Shown in pieces: positions 13,464 through 25,360 of a DNA stretch of 64,000 bases; position 1 is the first letter of the stretch; each line of letters starts with the position of its first letter. The DNA comes from Octopus sinensis (lineage: Eukaryota): the NCBI RefSeq assembly GCF_006345805.1, contig NC_043013.1, forward strand, positions 46,252,001 through 46,316,000, in the 5' to 3' direction. The notes below the pieces were generated by a model. The model was not told the origin of the DNA. It did not search any database and saw only the letters and a program-made list of their open reading frames with translations. Both the position numbers and the translations under genes were made by a program.

Positions 13464-14269
13464 TCCAGACTTATATACCAGTTAAGAGTACACATACATA
13501 CATGTGTGTCTGTGTATATGTATACACACACACACACACACATGCATGAGGTAAACATGGAGCAAGACATTTATTATGCTACTATTGGTTATTCCAGGAT
13601 TCCCTGTTCAGAAATATGATATTGGGAATAGCTCTCAACCCATCTCCTGGTGGAATTGACATAGAAACATTTTGTCCACTATTGTCAGTGCTTAACAAAA
13701 AATATTTAAATTTTAATAATCTGTGGGCATTTTACAAGAAAAAATATATATATTCTTACCAAAAGAGACCTCACATATACTTTTACTGAAGAGCAATTAT
13801 ACTAGGCAAGAAATAGGTGGTTTGTCAGATGATTCCTATGCTAGTCACTGAGAAGTAACATATTCAAGACACCTGTACCTGATTCTCTACCATACTTCAA
13901 TCTCTCAACAACTGAGATGAGGCTATCTTCCTTAATACTACACCCCCACTTAGTTGAGGGATCTTGTCTTGCAAGTTAAGTGGTGACTGCTGTGAATAGA
14001 GCACTTAGTACACTCTGTAGAGTCATCGGTGCGAGTAAGAGCATCCAGCCATGGAAACCATACCAAAGTAGACACTGGTGCTTGATGCAGTCTTCTATCT
14101 CATCAAATTCTGCTGAACCATCCAACATATGCCAGCAAAGAAGCAGACATTAAAAGAGGAGGATGATAATGATAAACTGTGTCAGTTTTCTTTACAAAAA
14201 TATTGCCTATGAGTGAGAAAGACAGAGAATTGTCAATGAGAGATGGTCACTTATTAGGAATAGGACACA

Positions 14270-15060
14270 GTTTAGCTCTATAGGTGTGATGGATAGGGGG
14301 AAAGAGAGAGTGGGAAGCATACGGCTTCCGTGATGAGGTGGGAATGTGACAAGCAATCAACATTGTTGCAGTTGAATAAGTGGTTGAGCTGTCACACCTG
14401 GTAGGTGTAATCTGAATAAAGTGTGAACAGATTGGGCTGAAATAGATAAATCCAATAGGGAAGTTTATTGGAGGGCCTGGGAGAAAATGTAGTGTGTGTC
14501 ATGTAGAGAATGGATTTAAAGACAAAAGCAGGTGACAAATACGCCAACTTCATCTGCAGTGCTAGATGAACAATATGGTTGGATCAAAGATTTGTGATTT
14601 GTGACAATGAGGAATGCAGAAAAACATTGATCAGAGAGCACATCTGTTGCAGACTTCAGTACAAAGTTATTGCTTGCTCTATAAGCAGTTCTGTTACCTC
14701 TGTACATGAAGACTTTTGAGTTGGTGTCAGTGAATTTCTACAGGTGTTTGTAGGATGACCTGAGAAAGATACTTTAGGCAATCATTTATTTACATGTCTG
14801 AAACAAGTCAGGAACCAAACAAATTTCCCACAGAGAATTGGCAAGAAACCAACAGGTTAATTAACCAGAAAGAGCATGTAAGGGTTGTAGTTGTGTGACA
14901 TTTTGAAATAAGGTGACATATGGTAATGAATTAATGAGCATCAGATTATTACAGCATATCAAGACAGGAGCTGGTAATGAGTAGAAGTAGAGCCTTAGAT
15001 AGCATAATGGTTGGACTAAAAGCTGAATCTGGAAATGAAGGAAAACAACCTGATAAAATG
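14270..15060 (-). mobile_element. Degenerate CR1/Jockey-group LINE relic
   Basis: Frameshifted minus-strand peptides (LIQPYCSSSTADEVGVFVTCF) weakly resemble the endonuclease-RT linker of the clade seen at 38.3-39.1 kb. Confidence 0.35.
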
Positions 15061-15106
15061 ATGAGTTTGAAGTTATTTAACTGCTGCTATGAATAACATT
15101 AGCATT

Positions 15107-15530
15107 AGGCGCAGGAGTGGCTGTGTGGTAAGTAGCTTGTGGCAGGAGTGGCTGTGTGGTAAGTAGCTTGCTTACCAACCACATGGTTCCGGGTTCAGTC
15201 CCACTGCGTGGCATCTTGGGCAAGTGTCTTCTACTATAGCCTCGGGCCGACCAAAGCCTTGTGAGTGGATTTGGTAGACGGAAACTGAAAGAAGCCCGTC
15301 GTATATATATATATGTATGTGTGTGTGTTTGTGTGTCTGTGTTTGTCCCCCTAGCATTGCTTGACAACCGATGCTGGTGTGTTTATGTCCCCGTTACTTA
15401 GCAGTTCGGCAAAAGAGACCGATAGAATAAGTACTGGGCTAACAAAAGAATAAGTCCCGGGATCGAGTTGCTTGATTAAAGGCAGTGCTCCAGCATGGCC
15501 GCAGTCAAATGACTGAAACAAGTAAAAGAG
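15107..15530 (+). mobile_element. SINE family A (young), with duplicated 5' end
   Basis: aggcgcaggagtggctgtgtggtaagtagc head present twice; tail gactgaaacaagtaaaagag. Confidence 0.92.
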
Positions 15531-15736
15531 TATTAGGACCCAGTCTAGTATGGAAAATGGAGGTCATAACATTCAAACATTCAAGGAAACTAGGGATAAG
15601 TAATAATCTCTGAACACTTAAAATTTTCTGCTAATCTGTTTACAGTGCTTACGAATATGAAAACTTTCTGCAATATATAGCGATATTTAGTAATTCTAAA
15701 ATGGCTTATTGAAACATAATCATAGTTATTTGGTGT

Positions 15737-16195
15737 GGTATAGGTGCAGACGTGAATGTGTGGTTATGAGACTTGCTTCCCAACCAGGCGGTTTCAGGTT
15801 CAGTTCCACTACACGCCACTTAAAGTAAGTGTCTTGTACTATAGCCCTGGGCTGATTAAAAGCATCATGGGTGTATATGCTAGACAAACCAAAAGAAGCC
15901 CATCACATATATGTGTGAGTGTGTCCCTGTCTGTCCCCTGGTATATATCTGTGTCCTGAAATCACTTGATGGTTGCAAATGAGCAGCAATGTCATGGAAG
16001 CGATGTCACTTGTTTCCAGTCTTTTGTGAAGACCATGGGAAATAGCTTGCTTGGAAACAAGTGAAGTTTGACAACAGTATGGGTGTCTGGCCATAGAAAA
16101 TCTGCCTCAACAAATACAGTCTGACCCATGCAAGCATAGAAAATTGTCTACTAAAACATTAATAATTATGATGATGATGATGATGATATACATAT
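15737..16195 (+). mobile_element. Old composite SINE: A-type head with RTE/C-type (ATG)n tail
   Basis: Head gtgtggttatgagacttgcttcccaacc...; tail acccatgcaagcatagaaaa...(atg)n. Confidence 0.55.
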
Positions 16196-16229
16196 AAAGT
16201 TAATCCAAACATGAAAACACAAAGAGAAA

Positions 16230-16410
16230 ACACAACAACACGAGGACGTGGAACAAATATAGTATTATTGGATGCTCAGGAAGGAAGGGAAGAAGGAGGG
16301 TTTAACGTTTCGAGAGGAGCTCTTCATCAGAAACATAGGAAAAGGAAAGATCCAGAGAAAGGAAGACGGAGGAAAAAAAATAAAATCGCCAACAGTACAC
16401 ACACGGTCAC
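16230..16410 (-). mobile_element. Penelope-like element terminal-repeat fragment
   Basis: Contains aacgtttcgag...gctcttcatcag, the motif characteristic of PLE terminal repeats. Confidence 0.5.
16300..16334 (-). ncRNA. Minimal type-I hammerhead ribozyme motif (predicted)
   Basis: GUUU-CUGAUGA-A-GAG(CUCCU)CUC-GAAAC-GU-U-AAAC: intact core, 4-bp stem I, 3-bp stem II, palindromic ACGU stem III. Confidence 0.5.
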
Positions 16411-16447
<37 letters not shown>

Positions 16448-17481
16448 CCTGTGTGTATGCACTTGAGTGTATGTGTGTGTACACTTGATACTAATTTAAG
16501 AATTTGAAAAATTACATTTTACTAAAAATACAATTTCCTCAATCCAGTATAATTAAAACAGAATCTAGAGCAGAGAAAACACTATAACGACTCTTGCAAT
16601 TTAAACAAAAGCAAAACGCTGAGATAACTCCATACTGAAAGAAAAACGTGTACCGTGAAACTTGAAAAACTCATCACTAATTTCACTTACAACAAATGAT
16701 TTGCTAATTTCAATAACAGAACTAATTTCTCTTAACGGAATTAATTCTTATGTCTCATAATTTTTGTTTCATTTAGACAGAAGATATGAAATAGTCAGAT
16801 TTTAAAAGAACAAGCAAGCCAGCTTAGTTGCTTTGAGGCCACGGATTTATTTATTTATTTATATCTTCCTGTTTTTTTAATGAAGTGCAAGTCAACATAA
16901 ATATTTTTATCATTGAATTTAATTCAACAATAGTGAAATCCATTTACACCAATTCCTGAAAACATTAAGTGAAAGCCAGAGATAAGGCACCCTTCCACTT
17001 TGGTAATGACTAACACTACACACAGAAACAAAAGAACGCAACTTCAAGCCTAATGAATTAAACAAAAGCAACTTTGAATGGCATTGTTACGTCTTCCTCT
17101 GACACTGAATTACTTGACATTATGGCACCTGTTTAGAAAACAGCTAAATCGTTTAGAGAACTTCAATGAATAAAGAATAAAACACAATCGTTTTCAAAAG
17201 TCCACGATGTATCTTTTGTTGATAAAATAATGAAAAGTTTTAATGAATAATATATCCACTTAATCATCGATTTCACAACGTGACACATCTGATTGGTGCT
17301 CTCTGCTTTCTTCAGATATTAACGTGTTTACTATTACTGTCGAAATGCTACATGAACGACATTTTGATGATGCAGCAGAGACATTATTAAATGACATCAA
17401 TCTAACATTCATTGGGTAAGTGTGTATACATGTGCCTCTGTGCACGTGTGTGTGTGTGTGCATGCACACATGCAAAGACAT

Positions 17482-17970
17482 GTGGCCTTGTAGTTAGGGT
17501 GTTATGCTTGTGATCAATAAGATTGTGGGTGAGATTCTTGCAGCAAGCCATGCGTTATGTTCTTGAGCAATGTACCTTATTTGTTTGTTCCTTCTCAAGC
17601 CACGCCTGGCTCATAAGGGCCGGTTTCCCGGTTTCCTCGATGTATAGGTTCCCCACCTGGATGGGATGCCGGTCCGTCACAGGTGAGCTGCAAGATGCAG
17701 GAGGAAAGAGTGAGAGAGAGTTGTGCCGAAAGAGTCAGCAGAAGTTCGCCATTACCTTCTGCCGGTGCCGCATGGAGCTTAGGTGTGTCACTCATAAACA
17801 CACACATCGCCCGGTCTGAGATTCGAACCTGCGATCCCTCGACTGCGAGTCCGCTGCTCCTAACCACTAGGCCATGTGCCTCCAATGTACTTTACTTGAC
17901 ATTGCTCCAGCCTACTTAACATGAAATGACTACCAGCAATTACTGGGTGATGGTCGTTTCCCAGCAGACT
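17482..17970 (+). mobile_element. Old tRNA-headed SINE interrupted by a family F SINE
   Basis: gtggccttgtagttaggg...ttcttgagcaa head resumes after 17894. Confidence 0.5.
17580..17883 (-). mobile_element. SINE family F (tRNA-Arg-like head), tail type 1
   Basis: Head ggaggcacatggcctagtggttag...ggttcgaatc; TSD aatgtac(c/t)tta at 17569 and 17884. Confidence 0.88.
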
Positions 17971-18149
17971 AGATTCATGCTTATATTCTTTGGAAACAAG
18001 GATGAACTGTGGTCTAATGAAAATTTTATGCTTGAGGTCAACTAATGTAAACATGTTTACCTACATGTGCACACACACACACATGTTCACACAATGGCTC
18101 ATGCCTTTCTGCACATACAGCCCTCAGGCATTCATGGAAAATTATTCAA

Positions 18150-18620
18150 GTTGATGGCAACAGAATGCAGCATCTGATTGGCAACTGAGTATACTGAAAC
18201 TCAGCAATGGACATGAGCATTCATAACCAAATAACTACCAAGGATTCCATCATTTGCATTATTCATATAAATGTTCTGGATAACCGAAATATTCAACATT
18301 CCAAAATAAAAACCAGAAATTGCTGTGAATCTGTTTCAATCTGATCTTAAATGTTGTTATCAAATGATCTGAGTAGATCAACATGAAAGTAAATGGCAGC
18401 AAATTTGAACTATTCGTGGTTAGTAAAGCAGTCCTACTACTTTCATGCTGGCAACTCTTTAAGGGCATCAAATAACTTGAGAAGTTTTATAGCTGGTGAA
18501 AAATCTAGAGTGGAAAGGACACCTTAAATGAAAATGTTGTTGAAACTAAAGTCTGTTTCAGGACACTCAGAACATTCTTATCCAATGAGGTCTGTGAAGT
18601 GCTAGCCATTTCACAGACAC
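18150..18620 (+). mobile_element. CR1-like LINE RT relic
   Basis: Broken peptides resembling LQSDL...NMKVNGSKFEL and NLEWKGHL. Confidence 0.4.
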
Positions 18621-18697
18621 GATGCAACTAGAAATTCTGCAGAGAAAAATTGCTGCTAATATCGATGGGAAACTGGTTGGAATTGAAAGGCCATATT

Positions 18698-18997
18698 ATT
18701 ATTATTAGAAGAAGAAGAAGAAGAAGAAGAAGGAGGAGGAGGAGGAGGAGGAGGAGAAAAAGAAGTAGGAGGGGAGGGGAAGAAGGGGGTGGAGGAGGAG
18801 GGAGGGAAGAAGAAGAAGTAGGAGGAAGGAGGGGAAGAAGAAGGAGGAGGAGGAGGAAGAGGAGGAGACGAGGAAGGAGGAGGGGAAGAAGAAGGAGGTG
18901 AGGAAGAAGGAGGAGGGGAAGAAGGAGGCGAGGAAGGAGGAGGAGGGGAAGAAGGAGGCGAGGAAGGAGGAGGAGGGGAAGAAGAAGAAGAAGAAGA
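18698..18997. repeat. Polypurine (AAG)/(GAG) tract with emerging ~30-bp higher-order unit
   Basis: Direct reading. Confidence 0.95.
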
Positions 18998-19129
18998 TAA
19001 TCTAGATGAGGAAAATACAACATCTTTATATGAAAATGTAGTTTTAAAACATCAGTGAAAAACAAGCTTGTAACATTTAAACACTTGCAAAAACAAAGTC
19101 CCAACATACTAACAAGGTTAGCTAAGATT

Positions 19130-19275
19130 AGGGGCAGGTGTGGCTGTGTAGTAAGAAGCTTGCTTCTCAACCACATGGTTCCGGGTTCAGGCCCAGTGCA
19201 AGACACCCTGGGCAAAGTGTCTTCTACCATAGCCTTGAGTGGATTTGGCAGACGGAAACTGAAAGAAGCCTGTCG

Positions 19276-19308
<33 letters not shown>

Positions 19309-19536
19309 GCATATATATCCATGTGTGTCTTTGTGTTTGTCCTCCACCACCACTTGACAACTAGTGTTGTTGTGTTTGTGTCTCCATAACTTAGCAGTTT
19401 GGCAAAAGAGACTGATAGAATAAGTACCAGGCTCAGAAAAACAAAAAATACTGGGGTTGATTCACTTGACTAAAAATTCAAGATGGTGCTCCAGCATGGC
19501 CACAGTCTAATGACTGAAACAAGTAAAAGATAAAAG
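19130..19536 (+). mobile_element. SINE family A
   Basis: Full head, (TA)n middle, gactgaaacaagtaaaaga tail. Confidence 0.88.
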
Positions 19537-19543
19537 TCAACTC

Positions 19544-19769
19544 CAGTAATCCCTTGCCATATCAAGGTCCACCTATCGCGGTTTATTATCTAAGCTTACA
19601 CAGATTCCTCTTTGGTGTTGATTTGCAATTATAATAAAATAAATATATACAAATTATAAAAATAATATTAAAAATATATATATAGTACAGTACTGTTTCT
19701 GCTTCGTGGATTTTCACCTATAGCAGGGTATTTTGGAATGTAACACCTGTGATGGTCGAGGGTTTACTG
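19544..19769. mobile_element. pogo/Tigger-like MITE
   Basis: Ends cagtaatcccttgccat ... atggtcgagggtttactg|ta. Confidence 0.6.
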
Positions 19770-20077
19770 TATTTTATATCATGCATCAATCTCCAATTGG
19801 CTGGTCAAAGGTCAAAATACATTCAGTCTTGAAAAGCTGAAACAGTTGCTTGAACCAAGATGAAAGCAGTGCCAAATAATGGGAATGAACTTGGCACATG
19901 GGTATAATAAAGTGAGCTTTGTCACTATGCAGCTATGCCTGTGCTTATATGTTATATGTGTGAGTGTGTGTATTCGTGCGCGCGCACATGTGTGTGTGTG
20001 TGTTTACACACAGCTGAGCACATAACTGCAAAATAAGCTGGAAAAAAAATTATACTCGTAGACCAAGGGTAGAGTAA

Positions 20078-20218
20078 TATACTTTTTATTATTAAAGCTG
20101 CAAAATTTTACAGAACTGTTACTCAGAGTTTCAGGTTCTCACTTGTCCAATGAATGGGAATGTGAAACTCTGAGCAACAGTTCTGTGATCATTTTGCAGC
20201 TTTAATAAAAGAAGTATA
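20078..20218. mobile_element. Foldback MITE with ~56-bp arms
   Basis: 20078-20133 is the imperfect reverse complement of 20163-20218. Confidence 0.8.
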
Positions 20219-20246
20219 CACCTACATATATACATATATATATATA

Positions 20247-20462
20247 GCCGTTGCCAGCCTCCCCTGGCACCTGTGCCGGTGGCACGTAAAAAGCACCCAC
20301 TACTCTCATGGAGTGGTTGGCATTAGGAAGGGCAACCAGCTGTAGAAACACTGCCAGATCAGACTGGAGCCTGGTGCAGCCCCCTGGATTCCCAGACCCC
20401 GGTCGAACTGTCCAACCCATGCTAGCTAGAAAAACGGAGGTTAAATGATGATGATGATGATA
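20247..20462 (+). mobile_element. Short RTE-tailed repeat, family C
   Basis: tgccggtggcacgtaaaaagcaccc...ggaagggcaaccagctgtag...ccaacccatgctag...(atg)n. Confidence 0.85.
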
Positions 20463-21544
20463 TATATCTATCTGCTGTAAATCCTACTTTGGTGCTTCAA
20501 TGAGATGTAGCAGAGCTCCTGGGTGTTTGGTAGCTATGGTTTTTGGGGTATAACTACATATAGCCTGGAGGTCCAACCCAGCCACAAAGGCGCTGAACTA
20601 ACAACCACACTGGTGGACTGCCTTCGCCAAAGTGGGCATAAAATTTATTCAGAGAGGTTGAAAGTCGGCTAAACCGAAGAGATAAATAGCCTGCCTGCTT
20701 AGCCAGTGATGTGGCATCATTTAATGGCTAAATAAGCAAGCACACACACATAGGTCATATTCCCAGGTTGTCTATCACATCAGTGATGTGTATGTATATA
20801 TGCATGTATGTGTGTGTGTATGCATATAAAATGTTAGTCTGTCACCAACTTACACATTCTCCCTATTATTCCTCAGTCCTTATTCTCCCTTATACTCACC
20901 TTTATGTACTCTGAGAATTTGCTCTGAAATATCAACACCGCCATCTTTTTCTTCTTCCCAGCTAACCTCAACCATGATTATATAATGTGAGAAAGCCATG
21001 CACCTCTTCTACAGCAAAACACTGGTGCCTGTCCCTCAATAATGCTTTAGCCTTTCCACACCTGGCGTAAAGCCACCACGCTCCTCTACTACACAATATT
21101 TTGTCTTGCGACTCACTTGGTAACTTCCTTAGTGCTAGGGTCATGAAAATAGCACCCAACTGTAGAAAGCATATCGTAGAAGACATTGGAACTTGACATA
21201 GCCCTCAAGCTTGTTGGATGCCATCAAACCAGCTAACCCATGCTAGGATGTTAGATAATGATGATGACAATCATGTATGTATGTATTGATTTTTATTTAA
21301 GTTCTTGAGAGTTCAAGCCAGTTGCTAACAAAGCGATAAAACTTTTTGAGTTAAGAAAGTTATTAGTGTTTGTAAATTTGTGGTTGAGTTGGTATATTGG
21401 TTGAACTGTCGATGTATACATCCAAGCGAGTGCATTTATTCACATAAGAATATCAGATGGAGAATTTGGGGAATATCTTACAAATCTTCACAGACTGGAT
21501 TTGGAGAATCCACATCAATTTCTCTTGCGCTTTCTCAGTGAAAT

Positions 21545-21665
<121 letters not shown>

Positions 21666-21924
21666 TGTATATATGTATAAATATATGTATGTATGTATAC
21701 GTACATGCAGCCACCATTACACAAACCTCATGTGGGTACTTTCTCTTTGATTGCATCTTTTATTTATATTTTTCTCATAATTCCTTCATCCTTACCACTC
21801 TATTCCCTATTGTAAAGGACAATATCCACAACACCTTAAAACTTTTACCATTCCTCTCATAGCCAAACTAATAATGTTAATCTTTAACTCATCCACTTTT
21901 TACCCCACTATAAATACACACACA

Positions 21925-22130
21925 CACAGGTAGTGGTTTGGATCCTCTGCTCTCAAATCATGAGATTACAGAGACTGATTCTTGGAGCTGAAGGAGCATC
22001 GTGTTCTTCCTTAAGTGAAGGCACTTAATTTGATGTATCTCAGTTTCCCTCCTTGAAACTCGGTACCAGTGACAACTTGGTGAAGCGCTGACCTTGAGAT
22101 TGATTGGCATTCTCTTCAGTGGGGAGCCGT
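21925..22130 (+). mobile_element. Old tRNA-headed SINE
   Basis: ggtagtggtttggatcctctgctctc... head-like segment. Confidence 0.4.
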
Positions 22131-22764
22131 GTAGAAACACACACTTATGAGGCGGCATAAAAGTACTTGTGATGGTGAATAAAAGTGCTGTAGGTCCACT
22201 GGCGGTGACAGGTAGACTTGTGCTCTTTAGACATAGAGAAAGCAGCTTGTCTTGGAGATGGTTTTTCTAAATAACCTCCAAGAAAGTAAAAGCAATAAAA
22301 TCTTTGATGTGCACTAATTATAATATCTAATGATTTCCCAAACTGCTACCTGAAGATTTAAGCATGTGGCCATGCAAAGTATTGTTATCCACGCACAGAA
22401 GTTGCTTGTTGACATGGGTGGTCCATTTAGTTGAAATAGCCTAACTTCTTCTGGGTAAGATATATATACAGCTGGAATAAAAAGTCGTCTTCACTTCATG
22501 GGTCATTAACAAGCATTAAGTGAAGCAGGACATGTTGCTATGGGACCCAAGAAGACTCATCTCTTTTATGTGAAGAGCTGCATTGAAGGTGAGGATATAT
22601 GGATTTGTCTGTCTATCTGTATGCGTGCATGTGTATCTGTGTATATATGGCTGTATATAAATGAATGTCTTGTCTGTTCTTGTCAAACCATCCAACCCAT
22701 GCCAGCATGGGTAAATGGATGTTAAATGATGATGTATATGTATATATGTATATAAATATATATC

Positions 22765-23012
22765 TGTGCCGGTGGCATGTGTAAAAGATTCGAGCGAGGT
22801 CGTTACCAGTACCACCCGACTGGCCCCAAGCAGGTGGCACGTAAAAGCACACACTACACTCTTGGAGTGGTTGGCGTTATGAAGGGCATCCAGCAGTAGA
22901 AACTCTGCCAGATCAAGATTGAAGCCCGGTGCAGCCATCTGGTTCGCCAGACCTCAGTCATTTGTCCAACCCATGCTAGCATGGAAAGTGGATGTTAAAC
23001 GATGATGATGAT
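22765..23012 (+). mobile_element. Family C repeat (preceded by a separate C tail fragment at 22680-22735)
   Basis: Colinear with 20247-20462. Confidence 0.85.
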
Positions 23013-23081
23013 AACAAAACCATAAACATGAGAAAAGGCTAATTAGTTGAATTGAAGCAAGTTTCTTGACTGGTGTGTCAT

Positions 23082-23309
23082 TTAACTTTTTAGCACACAG
23101 ATTATTTTGGCAAATGTATTGCTTATTTATTCACATTGTTTTGAATTAATCATGCATTATCTTTTAGCTTCAAGATTATGATGATGTGATTGTTTATTTT
23201 TATAACAACATTGTAGGGTAGGTGTGAGAGGCAAAATATGGCTAGTTTGAACATAAAACGAGCAGAAAATTTTGGCTGGATGTGGCCAGTTTAATGGCTA
23301 AAGATTTAA
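23082..23309. mobile_element. MITE family E (degenerate)
   Basis: ttaa...tatttattcacattgttttgaattaatcatgc...gtagggtaggtgtgagagg...ttaa. Confidence 0.65.
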
Positions 23310-23350
23310 CTGAGCCTGTAAGACTCATTCTTACAACTAGATGACCTTGG

Positions 23351-23383
<33 letters not shown>

Positions 23384-23387
<4 letters not shown>

Positions 23388-23628
23388 CCGGTGGCATGTA
23401 AAAAGCACCATCCAATCGTGGTCGTTTGCCAGCCTCGTCTGGCACCTGTGCTGGTGGAACGTAAAAAGCACCCACTACACTCATGGAGCGGTTGGTGTTA
23501 GGAAGGGCATCCAGCTGTAGAAACACTGCCAGATCAGACTGGGCCTGGTGCAGCCTTCTGGCTTCCCAGACCCCAGTTGAACCGTCCATCCCATGCTAGC
23601 ATGGAAAGAGGACATTAAACGATGAACG
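23384..23628 (+). mobile_element. Family C repeat
   Basis: Two copies of the tgccggtggcacgtaaaaagcacc motif, then the C body and tail. Confidence 0.88.
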
Positions 23629-24754
23629 ATATATAGGCACACACATTTTGTGTGTCTATTAATAATATATTGTTGCATTGCAACTCAGAATTTCACATGT
23701 ATATCCTACATGCACGTATCATGTACATGGTCAGGCATTATTTACTGAATGTTCTTACTTATGTCCATATGCATCTGCCAAGACGATTCTTAGTGGCCAA
23801 GCTGAACTGCTATGGTGAAAAGGAAACCAATTATTTGGTGGAAGGGCACTGTTCTGTGGGCACATTTGACGGCACTTAGATTTTCATATGGAAGCTGTCA
23901 AAGAAGAATTTCAACCTCTGGCAATTAGATAATATCTGTAAGCTCTGGATCTGTCATATTCCTGGCTGTTTTGATATCCGGAACTTCTCAAATGCAGCAA
24001 AGCCTTGTGTTTACTGTTAGTTGTGTGCTTTCTTTTATACCATCCGATGGTATAACAGCTTCCGGATATGTCAAAGCTATGGAAAGAAAGTATTCCCAGA
24101 GGCAAAGAAAAGTTGGCTGGTTGTGTGGAGGGTGAGGCGGGTGTATGTCATACGAGAACTAGAAACCAATGTGATCCGGAAAATGGGTGTTAAATAAATC
24201 TGTTCCACTTGTGTCTGGGAAGTGTTGTCTTACTAAATATACAGGAGATTCCTGGTTATAATCAAGTTAGCTGTTGAGCTCTTTTCATTTTGACAGCAAA
24301 ATTATGTTGCAAGAACAAATATTTGCAAACACACAGACAGAGACACACATTAAATTAAGACTTTAAAAGGTTTATTACTCCAGAGATATATGTATATTTG
24401 ATGTAATTTTTAAGTCTAACCAGTGTGACATACTATGTATGTGTATATGTAATATATAATATGTATGTATACGTATACCTCTATGTATAATACATTTGTT
24501 ATATATATATATATATATGTATGTATGTGTGTGTGTATATATATGTGTGTGAGATGATAAAACTACAGAAACATAGATGTACATACATACCTATAAACAC
24601 ACACACATTTTCATTTAATATATTATCAAAAATTTTTATCTATATAATTCATATATGTATGCATATTACATATATGATATATAAAAATAGTCATGTTTTA
24701 TTAAAAACATATATACACATGGTAATATCTCTCTCACTGTGTGTATGTGAGTTT

Positions 24755-24803
24755 GTATGTATGTATGTATGTATGTATGTATGTATGTATGTATGTATGT
24801 ATG

Positions 24804-24838
<35 letters not shown>

Positions 24839-24859
24839 GGAGAGAGAGAGAGAGAGAGA
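24755..24859. repeat. (TATG)n-(TA)n-(GA)n compound microsatellite
   Basis: Direct reading. Confidence 0.95.
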
Positions 24860-25360
24860 TGAATACACAGATATATATAAAATCTATAATTTTATCATTT
24901 ATCATTATATATATTATGAAATTTGCTTTTTGAAAGTCTGAAATTCTTTCCCTATTACAAAGTAAAATTTAAACTTTGCCTAAAATGTAACTTCACTGAA
25001 CTACAGAATAAATTGCCAGTTTTCTTTTTCTTATAGCATAAGTGGTTAATTATCAATAGAGCAGGTGCTCTGTCAAGGATCATATCTCAATGTTTGTTCA
25101 TTTGAAATTAAGGAATGAGTGTCTAAATTCTTCTCTTTTCTAATTTTCTAAAATCCCCAACTACAAACAGAAAGGTTTTATTCAAAACAAGTAAGAATCA
25201 TTTTTAGCAATCAGAATGAAGAATTTTGGATTATATGAAAAATAGCCAAATGAAAATATGTAGAGCTCATACTTTTTTTCTTCTTTTTTTGACATTTTTA
25301 AAGAACATTCGATAAAACTGAATCCTATGTTGATTACAACTTAATTATCATCTTTCATAA

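Noticed and set aside
17260-17481. Minus-strand ORF as a possible terminal NAB exon
   Set aside because: No NAB similarity, and the nearest acceptor gives an immediate stop in phase 0.
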